In this document: positions 29,248-38,204 of the stretch, piece by piece
Layout: the number at the start of each line of letters is the position of its first letter
How positions within the stretch are numbered: position 1 is the stretch's first letter
NCBI GenBank assembly: GCA_036677065.1
Contig: JAKFBS010000003.1
Span: forward strand, 192,001 to 256,000
Direction: 5' to 3'
Source of the DNA: Bdellovibrio sp.
Lineage (GTDB): Bacteria > Bdellovibrionota > Bdellovibrionia > Bdellovibrionales > Bdellovibrionaceae
DNA length: 64,000 nt
Notes under the pieces: model-generated
Database searches by the model: none
Told to the model about the DNA's origin: nothing
What the model saw: only the letters and a program-made list of their open reading frames with translations
Made by a program: the position numbers and the translations under genes

Positions 29248-30416
29248 TTCTTACAGTCTTCAAGATTTAAATAAACTGAAATCTTTTTCACTTGGGATTG
29301 GTTGGTTAAACCTTCTGCCGCAGATCCTTTAGAAGATAGTGCATTATTCACATTTAAACGTAAAATTTCAGAAGTTCCGCAGCCTGTTGTGATCACATCA
29401 GTTTTTCTAAATAAAACTGTGCGTGCTTCAGAACCTAAAGCCACAACTTTTGCATTAAGTTTACCGGTGCTGCCAGCTAAAAACGCTTCAAATTTTAAGG
29501 TGCTTGTCGATTTTAAATCAGCAGCTTGTGGTCTAACTTCGCCAGACACATCGATTAATGAAATCGTTAAACGTTTTCCAGCAGGTAATTGTAACGGAAC
29601 AGTCACGTTACATGATTTATAATCCATTTTGCGAGCATCAGAGTTTACCGTGATAAAACTTTTCAATGTGATATCAATAACATTTTTAGTTAAATCAAGT
29701 TCAGTGTAAGCCGGAGATTTATTAGAGCAACCTGTGCCTAAGACGGTGATTTTATCCAGAGTCACTAATTCAGTGATTGAATCAGCTTCTAACATCGGGA
29801 TTAACGGTAATAAACGCGTCGACATTTTAAATTGGCTTGGAAAATTAAAGATATCTTTAGAAATCACGAAATCATCGTCATCGACAGCACTGCTGCGTAA
29901 CATTTCATGTAATACCAGATAATAAACATTTCTTTCTTTTTCGAAATGATCTAACCAGCTAGCACTGTTTAAAATAATTAATCCTGGAACACCGATCGCA
30001 TCAACTACTGAGCCTGTGTTATCGATTAAGATATCGTTTGTTAAAACGATGCTTTCAGTTGTTAAAGTTGCTTTAAGACTGACTAGGTCTAAATTATGAG
30101 CTGTTACAATTTGGCTTCCAGCTTCAGTTGTTTCTAAGTACTCATTTACGTTTTCACCCATCTGGATAAATACCGAACGAATATAATCGCCACCGTTGCC
30201 GACCTTGTGGCCTTCGGTGCTGAACTTATTTTCAACCGCGTAGCGGCCATCTAAAAGCTTAACTAAAGAAATGCTTCCAGGAATCGTTACGGTTCTGTTG
30301 CCGACTTGAATAACTTGCGGAAGTTTAACTTCTAAGGCTTTAAGTAGATTTAGCGCGTTTGCGGATACGCTAAAACAAAGGCCGATTACAAGAAGGTGTA
30401 GGTGGTTAGTTCTCAT
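29244..30416 (-). CDS. Secreted protein: GNGG/LHE domain fused to a C-terminal DUF4360-like domain
   Basis: Signal peptide; KVGNGG; LVLHEMLR; C-terminal GTGC...KSCNVTVPLQLPAG...CG resembles 31279..31890. Confidence 0.6.
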   Translation of the reverse strand: MRTNHLHLLVIGLCFSVSANALNLLKALEVKLPQVIQVGNRTVTIPGSISLVKLLDGRYAVENKFSTEGHKVGNGGDYIRSVFIQMGENVNEYLETTEAGSQIVTAHNLDLVSLKATLTTESIVLTNDILIDNTGSVVDAIGVPGLIILNSASWLDHFEKERNVYYLVLHEMLRSSAVDDDDFVISKDIFNFPSQFKMSTRLLPLIPMLEADSITELVTLDKITVLGTGCSNKSPAYTELDLTKNVIDITLKSFITVNSDARKMDYKSCNVTVPLQLPAGKRLTISLIDVSGEVRPQAADLKSTSTLKFEAFLAGSTGKLNAKVVALGSEARTVLFRKTDVITTGCGTSEILRLNVNNALSSKGSAAEGLTNQSQVKKISVYLNLEDCKN

Positions 30417-31227
30417 TAGTTTCTCCTGGTGTTTCAGAGGTCGAGAGCGGGTACATGTAAAACGTTAATTTATAAACTTCATCTTTATTGCCATCTTCTA
30501 AAAATTGAGACAATGAATCTTGAAATTCACGGATCATCTTTTTAGCTTCAGGAATTTTGCTTTTATCAACGGCGACTGTGACGGCTGTGAAATCACGTAA
30601 TTCAACAGGGCAGTGGTCTAAGACTTTTTCAGCTAATTTTAAATCTTCGTAATGCGATTTGCGCACGGCTTGATTTGCCACATCGTCTGAAGTGATTAAG
30701 GGCTCGTTCGTTGGCGCGTAGCGGTTATATTTTCTAGAAACTAAATTTAGATCTGTCAGGCGCGTCAGAGTTTTTTGCACGTCAGTCACTGATAGGGCTA
30801 AACGTTTTGCCATCCACGGAATATCAGAAACAAAGTTCACAGTCTCCATTAACGACAACAAAGCGAAATGTTGCCATTCGCTGATCATGTTAAACTGGTC
30901 TGAGCTTAATTTTAGGTAATTGATATTTTTTTTGTATTTTTGTAAGAGACCTTTTTCTGAATCGGCTTCTTGGTCGTGTCCGTTACCTTTACCATCGAAT
31001 AAAAGTTTGATGGCTTCGGCTTCTTTAGGGTCAAGATACATGCGGTCTAAAAGTTTAACCGCCATTTTTTTAGAAACTTTACGTTTACCGGCCATGATCT
31101 CGCTTAAGGCACTTGGGCTGATATCCAGTTTTAAAGCGAAGGCTCTTAATGAGAAGGCTGGATTTTTTCTTTGAAGGTTCGCAAAGTGAGAGCGGATTTT
31201 ATCTTGTATGGCTAATTGTTCAGTCAT
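30406..31227 (-). CDS. TIGR02147/DUF4423-family HTH regulator-like protein
   Basis: KNPAFSLRAFALKLDISPSALSEIMAGKR, EWQHFALLSL, LRDFTAVT, EVYKLTFYMYPL. Confidence 0.85.
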   Translation of the reverse strand: MTEQLAIQDKIRSHFANLQRKNPAFSLRAFALKLDISPSALSEIMAGKRKVSKKMAVKLLDRMYLDPKEAEAIKLLFDGKGNGHDQEADSEKGLLQKYKKNINYLKLSSDQFNMISEWQHFALLSLMETVNFVSDIPWMAKRLALSVTDVQKTLTRLTDLNLVSRKYNRYAPTNEPLITSDDVANQAVRKSHYEDLKLAEKVLDHCPVELRDFTAVTVAVDKSKIPEAKKMIREFQDSLSQFLEDGNKDEVYKLTFYMYPLSTSETPGETNEN

Positions 31228-31278
31228 ATCCGCTCCTCTCTGTGGTTACATTTTGCGCCCGAAGGCTGTAACTAATAC

Positions 31279-31890
31279 TTACTGTGCAAGTTCCAAACCG
31301 ATTGTTCCATCGTCATTTCCGTCATCTGGAAGGTCACATTGCTCCCAGTGAAAGCGTAAAACTGTCTTTTCAAACGATAAGAATGAATCAGTAAGACTTT
31401 GTGCTTTTTTAATCACAGTTCCGTTTAAGTTAAGAGCTAAAATCGTTGATTGTCCGCAAGCAGTTTGCACCACTTGGCCAACTGGAATTCCTAATAACAC
31501 GTGACCTGATTCAAGTTGTTGTTCATCAACGATGCCTTGCTCACCGGCTAAGAATAATTCTTGGCTGGCAGACACGCGGTCAGCATCTACAGAAGCAAAA
31601 CCGATTGTTGCGACTTCAACTGTTAAGCGTAATCCTTTAGGGATATCTAACGGAATTCTTAAGTTGCAGCTTTTTCTTTCTAAACGTTTAGAAGAGTCTT
31701 GGCCTGCTTGCATTTGGTCAGAGTATCTAACAACCAGTGACTCAGGATCGAATTCGTCTTGTTCAATTTGGACATCACCGTTCGGGCATCCGTTACCACC
31801 GGCAACGATTTGGCCTGCTTGAGCGAAAGCTGTTGAGAAAAACATTAGAGCGGCGATATTAAAAATCAGAGCTAAAAGTAGTGTTTTCAT
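31279..31890 (-). CDS. Secreted DUF4360-like protein
   Basis: Signal peptide; AGGNGCPNG, RKSCNLRIPLDIPKG, TACG, FHWEQC. Confidence 0.7.
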   Translation of the reverse strand: MKTLLLALIFNIAALMFFSTAFAQAGQIVAGGNGCPNGDVQIEQDEFDPESLVVRYSDQMQAGQDSSKRLERKSCNLRIPLDIPKGLRLTVEVATIGFASVDADRVSASQELFLAGEQGIVDEQQLESGHVLLGIPVGQVVQTACGQSTILALNLNGTVIKKAQSLTDSFLSFEKTVLRFHWEQCDLPDDGNDDGTIGLELAQ

Positions 31891-31977
31891 TTAAGTCCCC
31901 TTGGTTTTGAGCAGAAAGGGTATCTTGCTGCCTAAAACTAGAATTAAACAAGTTTATAGCTTAAGTCTACAGATTTT

Positions 31978-32006
31978 GGAACAAAGTGTTCCAAGCATAT
32001 GGAACA
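31978..32006. promoter_or_regulatory. Palindromic operator TGTTCC-N8-GGAACA plus extra half-site
   Basis: TGTTCCAAGCATATGGAACA at 31987-32006; extra GGAACA at 31978. Confidence 0.6.
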
Positions 32007-32144
32007 GATGCAAGCAAAATTTTTACAGGCAAAATCAGCGGATTTAGGTTTAAAAGCAGCTAGTTATAGACTTTTACGCCCTGTTCGACTATCTCTAGGT
32101 TCTCAAAATTAATCGACTGTAATAAGTCACAAAAAGGACGGCCA

Positions 32145-33323
32145 ATGACGCTATCTGAAACTTCGCAAGCAGCTAACGCTGTGGACAACGTAACTGTTGT
32201 TACTCCAGAACTAGTAAACTTTTACTCTTTCACACTTCCAGATTTAGAAGCTTTTCTAAAAAAATACGGTAAAGAAAAATTTCGCGCTCAGCAGATATTC
32301 AAATGGGTTTACGAATCGCGCGTAACGGATTTCGATCAAATGTTAAATCTATCAAAAGATTTACGTGCAGAATTAAAACACTTAATTTCTTTTAACTTAC
32401 CTCCGGTGATCAAACATTTAATCAGTGTTGATGGCACGCAAAAATTCTTATTTGATGTGGGCCAGGGCAATTCAATCGAAGCAGTTGTGATTCCATCAGA
32501 TGACCGTTTAACTTTATGTGTATCTTCAGAAATTGGCTGTAACATGGCCTGCAAATTTTGTTTTACCGGAAAACAAAATTTAAAACGTCGCTTAACTGCA
32601 GACGAAATCGTTGGCCAATTTATGGTCGTGCAGGATTCACTGGCGCGTGAAGGCCAAGGCCGTAAATTATCAAATATTGTATTCATGGGCATGGGTGAAC
32701 CGTTAGATAATTCAGATAACGTGTTTAAATCTATCGAAGTGATTCACTCTCCATGGGGTGTGAATTTATCTCGTAAAAAAATCACCGTATCAACTTCAGG
32801 TTTAATTCCTGAAATGTACAAAGTAGCAGAAGCGAAAGTACGTTTAGCTGTAAGTTTAAATGCTTATTGTGATGAAGTGCGTACGCAAGTTATGCCAATT
32901 AACAAGAAATATCCGTTAAAAGATCTTTTAGAAGAATGTAAACGTTATTACCGTGCAACGGGTGAGAAAATCACTATGGAGTACGTTTTATTAAAAGGTG
33001 TGACTGATCAAATCGATCACGCGCGCCAGTTAGTTAAACTTTTAAGAGATGTTCCGTGCAAAATTAATCTTATTCCATTTAATGAACATCCAGGTTCTGA
33101 CTTTGAACGTCCAAGTGATGAAGCTGTTCAGGCTTTCCACGCTGAGACGCAAAAACTTGGCGCACAAACGTTATTGCGTCGTACTATGGGCCGCGATATT
33201 TTCGCAGCTTGTGGTCAATTAACTACAAAAAATATTGAACGTCCTGAAAGAATGGATACTTCAAATTCAAAAATCGGAGGAACGAATGTCAGAAGTTTTA
33301 GTAGTGGGCAGCCTAGCCTATGA
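32145..33323 (+). CDS. rlmN: 23S rRNA m2A2503 / tRNA m2A37 radical SAM methyltransferase
   Basis: CNMACKFC, VFMGMGEP, NLIPFN, DIFAACGQL. Confidence 0.96.
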   Translation: MTLSETSQAANAVDNVTVVTPELVNFYSFTLPDLEAFLKKYGKEKFRAQQIFKWVYESRVTDFDQMLNLSKDLRAELKHLISFNLPPVIKHLISVDGTQKFLFDVGQGNSIEAVVIPSDDRLTLCVSSEIGCNMACKFCFTGKQNLKRRLTADEIVGQFMVVQDSLAREGQGRKLSNIVFMGMGEPLDNSDNVFKSIEVIHSPWGVNLSRKKITVSTSGLIPEMYKVAEAKVRLAVSLNAYCDEVRTQVMPINKKYPLKDLLEECKRYYRATGEKITMEYVLLKGVTDQIDHARQLVKLLRDVPCKINLIPFNEHPGSDFERPSDEAVQAFHAETQKLGAQTLLRRTMGRDIFAACGQLTTKNIERPERMDTSNSKIGGTNVRSFSSGQPSL

Positions 33324-34209
33324 TTCAGTAAAGACACCATCAGGCAAAGCAGAAAGATCTTTAGGCGGTTCAGCGAATTACTTTTCAGTTTCGTCGAGTT
33401 TATTTTCTAAAGTTCAGGTCGTTGGCGTTGTTGGTTCTGATTATTCAGATGCTGATCGCGAAATTTTAAATTCACGTGGCGTTGATTTAGACGGCATGCA
33501 AGTTGTTCCTGGTAAGACTTTTCACTGGGAAGGCACTTACGAAAACAATTTAAACGAAGCTGTTACGTTAAAAACAGAATTAAACGTTTTTGCTGATTTT
33601 AATCCTGAATTGCCTGCGAAATACAAAGGCACGCGCTTTGTTTTCTTAGCTAATATCGATCCGGTTTTACAATTAAAAGTTTTAGCGCAAATTCAAAACC
33701 CGGTTTTTGTGGGTATGGATTCAATGAACTTTTGGATCAACTCTAAGCAGTCTGATTTAATTGAAGTGATCGAAAAAGTTGATATCGTTTTCGTTAATGA
33801 AACTGAAGCGAAAATGTTAACTCAAGTAGATAACGCTATCGTTGCCATTAAAAAAGTTGCTGAACTTGGTCCTGAGTACGTTGTTGTTAAACGTGGTGAG
33901 TACGGCTCAACAGTTTATTCAAAAACTCATGGCTTTTTTCAATGCCCAGCTTTACCTGTTGAAAAAGTTGTCGATCCAACTGGAGCAGGTGATTCTTTCG
34001 CGGGTGGATTTTTTGGTTATCTAGCAAGCTTACGCCCAACTGGCCAAGATCAAAAACCGACTTGGACAGAGTTAAAACAAGCGACGTTAGCTGGTACGGT
34101 GATGTCTTCACAAACTATTCAAGATTTCAGTCTTAAAGCTTTAGCTAAGATTGATAAATCATCTTACACTAAGATGAATGCTGATCTTGTTAAAATGATC
34201 ACTGTTTAA
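33286..34209 (+). CDS. PfkB-family carbohydrate/nucleoside kinase; start ATG 33286
   Basis: VVGSLAYD, LGGSANY, DPTGAGDSFAGG; GGAGG RBS; overlaps the rlmN 3' end. Confidence 0.9.
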   Translation: MSEVLVVGSLAYDSVKTPSGKAERSLGGSANYFSVSSSLFSKVQVVGVVGSDYSDADREILNSRGVDLDGMQVVPGKTFHWEGTYENNLNEAVTLKTELNVFADFNPELPAKYKGTRFVFLANIDPVLQLKVLAQIQNPVFVGMDSMNFWINSKQSDLIEVIEKVDIVFVNETEAKMLTQVDNAIVAIKKVAELGPEYVVVKRGEYGSTVYSKTHGFFQCPALPVEKVVDPTGAGDSFAGGFFGYLASLRPTGQDQKPTWTELKQATLAGTVMSSQTIQDFSLKALAKIDKSSYTKMNADLVKMITV

Positions 34210-34235
34210 TTTTCTTTGTGACAGAGAAGCCGTAT

Positions 34236-34928
34236 TTACGGCTTCTCTCGTTCGCAACCATCCGGAATCGGCACAAACAATGGACAATCAAGTCGTCGAC
34301 AGCCAGCTGGTGGATTTCCAACACTTAGTCGTATAAATTCCCCGAGCTCTTCACGTTTTTTTTCTTCCAAACCATAGAATCTGTAAAAATGCGGTGTCTT
34401 CGGGGCCTCTTCCCATGCTACCTTTGGGTAAATCAGTTTAAGCCAGGCTTTGCCGCCTTCGGCATCGCAAACTAGGCTGTAACCGCCTTCTTTCGGGTGC
34501 AGTTCAAATTTGATTTCTTGTTTTTTGCCATCCTCAACGCAGGTGAAAATTTCGCGCCAGTCGTCGGTTTCAAAGTGGTCACTTACACAAGCGGTTTTTA
34601 AAAAAGCATTTCTTTTGTCATGATGTGAATTAAATAAATCTGGCTCAACAGCGCCGGTGTATTCATAATAATTTGCTAGAAGGAAATCTTTTTTCCAGCC
34701 ACTTTGTTTTTGTTCGTCGAATTTGATTCCACCTGCGCATCTAACGCTTAAGACCGAGGCCTTACATTTTGATTTTACAGCAAGGTGAATTATAGTCTCG
34801 TGGTTTATCCGGCCGCTCCCGCCGCTTTGACCTGAACTTTGACTTAGAACAATTTGACCTAAAATTTGGATTGAAAAAAGAGAAGCCATTGCGAATGCAA
34901 AAAATAGATTGCCTGATAATTTCCCCAT
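34236..34928 (-). CDS. Secreted Cys-containing hypothetical protein
   Basis: Signal peptide, GQSGGSG after it, several Cys; TAAACT-N6-ATG. Confidence 0.55.
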   Translation of the reverse strand: MGKLSGNLFFAFAMASLFSIQILGQIVLSQSSGQSGGSGRINHETIIHLAVKSKCKASVLSVRCAGGIKFDEQKQSGWKKDFLLANYYEYTGAVEPDLFNSHHDKRNAFLKTACVSDHFETDDWREIFTCVEDGKKQEIKFELHPKEGGYSLVCDAEGGKAWLKLIYPKVAWEEAPKTPHFYRFYGLEEKKREELGEFIRLSVGNPPAGCRRLDCPLFVPIPDGCEREKP

Positions 34929-34995
34929 AAATTGAGTTTAAAGCAAAGATTGCCTGTGAGTGAAAATTATTAAAATCATTCTCAAAATGAGACAA

Positions 34996-35745
34996 CTAAG
35001 AACATGGTTGGCTTAAAGGTCCTAAGTACACAGATAGTTTATAGACCTCTGTTGCAGTCGATGTTTCAGCAATTTCAGCCACTTGCTCCTGAAACAAGCG
35101 AATGGCAGATCTAAGCAATTCCATTTGCTGAGTATCAAAAGAAAAAGTGATTGAAGTCATATCTCGTAATTCAACAGGCACTTCTGCCAGATTTTTTTTA
35201 TGAATTTCGATATCCTGTAGATGTGATTTTTTAATCGCTGATGACGGAATATTATCAAACGTTTCGACGTCTTCATTTGTGATTATGATTTTTCCATCAA
35301 GGCGTTTGATTAATTTATGATTTTCAAGATTTCGCAACGCTGTTTCGATCACAGTCACTTCTAAAGAAAGTTTTTTAGCCATCCACTCAGAGGACGAGCG
35401 AAAATCTTTTGTTTTGGTTAAAGATAGAATCGCCAGATGTTCCCAAGATAAAAGTTCATCAAAGATATCGTGCTCTATTTTTTTGAATGCGCGGGGTTTT
35501 GATTCGGTAAGCAGTGGATTATAATTTAAAATCTGAAGTTGCTCTTTCTCAGAGTAGCCGATTTTTTCAAGAACTTCCTGAGCTTTTTTTTTAGAAATAC
35601 CACGTTTGCCAGAAAGAAAGTCGGTTAAGGCTCCTGAACTAAGACCAATTTTTAATGCAAACGATCGTTTACTAAAACGTTTGTTTTTGTTGGAAAGCTT
35701 TTGAAAGTGATCATTCACTATTTTGATTAGGAGATTATTCTTCAT
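34996..35745 (-). CDS. TIGR02147/DUF4423-family HTH regulator-like protein
   Basis: KNKRFSKRSFALKIGLSSGALTDFLSGKR, WEHLAILSL, LRDMTSITF, EVYKLSVYLGPL; paralog of 30406..31227. Confidence 0.85.
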   Translation of the reverse strand: MKNNLLIKIVNDHFQKLSNKNKRFSKRSFALKIGLSSGALTDFLSGKRGISKKKAQEVLEKIGYSEKEQLQILNYNPLLTESKPRAFKKIEHDIFDELLSWEHLAILSLTKTKDFRSSSEWMAKKLSLEVTVIETALRNLENHKLIKRLDGKIIITNEDVETFDNIPSSAIKKSHLQDIEIHKKNLAEVPVELRDMTSITFSFDTQQMELLRSAIRLFQEQVAEIAETSTATEVYKLSVYLGPLSQPCS

Positions 35746-35798
35746 TGATGATTTAAGGGTATTGATATTCTCTGCAAGCTGTCAAAAGGAAATGTGAC

Positions 35799-35818
35799 TG
35801 CTCCTTAAAAGTGGAGCA
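35799..35818. promoter_or_regulatory. Palindromic operator TGCTCC-N8-GGAGCA
   Basis: Perfect 6-bp inverted repeat midway between the divergent regulator and secreted gene. Confidence 0.6.
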
Positions 35819-35871
35819 AACAACCTAGATTAAATGTTTGATTGTGAAAAAAAAGTATTAGTAAATAAAGC

Positions 35872-36543
35872 ATGTTTAAAAAACTGTTTATTTTAGTGCT
35901 TTTATTTTCATTAGATCTTGCAGCTATAGGCCGTGTCGGCAATGGTGGAAACATCATCGTGTGTCTAAAGCCTGAATCAGGCCAGTGTTACGGCCGCCGG
36001 GGCTATACCGGAGCTTTTTATGATACTTATGAAGCAGACATTCGCTATCAAATGAAGCCTCTTTCAATGGCAGGCAATTTTGTAGAACCAGCTTCAGCTG
36101 TAGATTACGCGATACAACTTTTAGATTCAGTCAAAAAACATGATTTTGAACTTGCGACCGAGCTGATTGGATTTGTTGAAAAATTTGAATCTGAAGCTAA
36201 CTATGTTTCGGGAATTGTTTTATTGCCGGTGCCAGACACTGGAATTTCTTTTATCCCTTATTCTTCTGAACTAAAACAATTAGTTATACAAACAGAACCT
36301 CTTACCGCAAAAGACAAGCGCTACCTTATTTCTGCTGATTTGTGGCAATTGATGACCACAGCTGATCAGGCCCACGCGATTTTGCACGAAGTTTTATACA
36401 GATTTGTTCTTCATGCTACACCAGATATAAAAACTTCAGATAACGTCAGATACTTTAATGCTTATGTTATTTCTGGAGAATTTAATAAAATGACCAAGAA
36501 TGAATATAATCAGGTTAAATATTTTGTATTAAGTATGAAATAA
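35872..36543 (+). CDS. Secreted GNGG/LHE-domain hypothetical protein
   Basis: Signal peptide, GRVGNGG at the mature N-terminus, ISADLW...AILHEVLYR. Confidence 0.65.
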   Translation: MFKKLFILVLLFSLDLAAIGRVGNGGNIIVCLKPESGQCYGRRGYTGAFYDTYEADIRYQMKPLSMAGNFVEPASAVDYAIQLLDSVKKHDFELATELIGFVEKFESEANYVSGIVLLPVPDTGISFIPYSSELKQLVIQTEPLTAKDKRYLISADLWQLMTTADQAHAILHEVLYRFVLHATPDIKTSDNVRYFNAYVISGEFNKMTKNEYNQVKYFVLSMK

Positions 36544-36575
36544 AAAAAAGGGAGATTACTTTCGTAACCTCCCCT
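36542..36575. terminator. Intrinsic terminator hairpin; U-tract on the minus strand
   Basis: A8-GGGAGATTAC-TTTC-GTAACCTCCC. Confidence 0.75.
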
Positions 36576-36610
36576 TAGTGTGAAGACGCTGTGTCTTTTA
36601 TTTAAATGTA
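36542..36610 (-). ncRNA. Candidate ~70-nt small RNA
   Basis: sigma28-like TTAA-N15-GGCGATAA at 36616-36642 and a minus-strand terminator, with no ORF between them. Confidence 0.35.
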
Positions 36611-36820
36611 ATAACTTATCGCCATGTTTCGTGTTTAGTTAAGACTCGCTTCGTTGATTTTGCTTCAAGTAAATGGAGCAGAATACTTCGATGACGGTAA
36701 CGGTTGGTAAGCTATTCAGCGGTTTCAACTGCTGGCCTGGTCGTATATTAGCGGCTTATGTTTTATTCTGAGACACTCTTCAACGTTTTTTAGCGATTTA
36801 ACATTTTGATACAAGATCAC

Positions 36821-36848
36821 TCTAGTTCGCTCGTCTTTAGACCGATAA
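36821..36848 (+). promoter_or_regulatory. sigma28-like promoter
   Basis: TCTA-N16-ACCGATAA about 30 nt before ATG 36880. Confidence 0.45.
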
Positions 36849-36879
36849 ATACTTAGGTAATTTAACGGGTTAGGTCAAG

Positions 36880-38199
36880 ATGAGCAAAAGCCAAAAACCG
36901 AAACAAGAAAAATCGCAAACAGCGGATGATATTCTATCATCGTTGATGGAAGATTTAAAAGATGTCGATAAAGCCATCTCGGATGATCCTTTCGGAAATG
37001 ATTTAGGTTTAGATCCTGATTTATTAAAAAATATTTCGGCATCGGATGATGGCGAAGAAAATATTATCCAACTAGAAGACGGCTCGATTTCAGGTTTGTT
37101 TTCTCCTGACGCAATTAATATTAATTTAGATAATGAAGATTCTTTAGAAGGAATCGTTGGCGATATTTTTGAAGTGCCAGCTGAGCCTGATGCGAATGCT
37201 TTCGCACAATTTCAAACGCCTGAAGCTCCAAAAAAAGAAGTCAGCTTATTTGATAATGAGGATGCAGTTGCTGCAGCTGCAGCTCCTGAGGTTGTGCCAC
37301 AACCGCCAGCGAATATTCCAAGCGGCGAACCAAGTTTATTTGGTGGATCTGATTTAGCTGCTAAAGGTAACGATTATTCAAGTTTAGGCGCAGACGAAAA
37401 AACAGCAGCAACAGAAATTCAATCTGATATGCCGCCGGCGATGGAAGATTTTGGTAATGTTGATAACGGTGATGGTGAAAAAACAGTTGCCGTTGCAGGA
37501 TTTTCTCAGCGTGCGTCTGAAGATTATGGTGATAAAGTCAAAGTATCTGTCGGACAAATGCGCGGCAATGCCTTTTCAAGTGGTTACGCGGCGTGGGGAT
37601 CTTCGGATTCAAACTTGGCGCAGTCAGAAAATTTACGTATCGCGCAAGAAAAGATTTTAGATTTAGAAAAAGACAATGAAAAATTACGTTCACAAAATGA
37701 AGAATTAATCGCTGCGTCTGAAATCGTAAAAGAACGCGCAGATTTATTAACTGGTCAGTTACATGAGTTTAAAGCCGATCGTGACTCATTAGAGCAATCA
37801 TTCAAAAATGAAAACGGAATTTTAAAAAGCCAGATCATGCGTAAAGATGCCGAGATCGTCAAAGCATCTATGAAAATCGAAGAGCTTGAGTCAAGAATGA
37901 AATTTGATTTAAAGAAAATTCGCGTGCGTGAGCGTGAACTAGAAAATCGTCTAGAATTAATTCGTGCAGAAAAGAATGCGTTAGTTAAGACTAAAGACGA
38001 ACAAATCCTTGATGTACGTCGAAAATTAGATCAAGTTCAACTGGAAGTTGAAAGCTACCGTCAGAAGTGTGTAGAATTGAATAAGGTTATTGATACTAAT
38101 CAAGAGTCTTTCAAACGTACAACACGTGCTCTGCGATTAGCGATGGCTAACTTAGAATTACAAGAAGAGAATAAACCAGCACTTAAAAAAGTAGACTAA
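36880..38199 (+). CDS. Acidic disordered N-terminus plus long C-terminal coiled coil
   Basis: D/E/P-rich first half with EKT motifs; heptad-rich second half. Confidence 0.75.
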   Translation: MSKSQKPKQEKSQTADDILSSLMEDLKDVDKAISDDPFGNDLGLDPDLLKNISASDDGEENIIQLEDGSISGLFSPDAININLDNEDSLEGIVGDIFEVPAEPDANAFAQFQTPEAPKKEVSLFDNEDAVAAAAAPEVVPQPPANIPSGEPSLFGGSDLAAKGNDYSSLGADEKTAATEIQSDMPPAMEDFGNVDNGDGEKTVAVAGFSQRASEDYGDKVKVSVGQMRGNAFSSGYAAWGSSDSNLAQSENLRIAQEKILDLEKDNEKLRSQNEELIAASEIVKERADLLTGQLHEFKADRDSLEQSFKNENGILKSQIMRKDAEIVKASMKIEELESRMKFDLKKIRVRERELENRLELIRAEKNALVKTKDEQILDVRRKLDQVQLEVESYRQKCVELNKVIDTNQESFKRTTRALRLAMANLELQEENKPALKKVD

Positions 38200-38204
38200 T
38201 ATTA

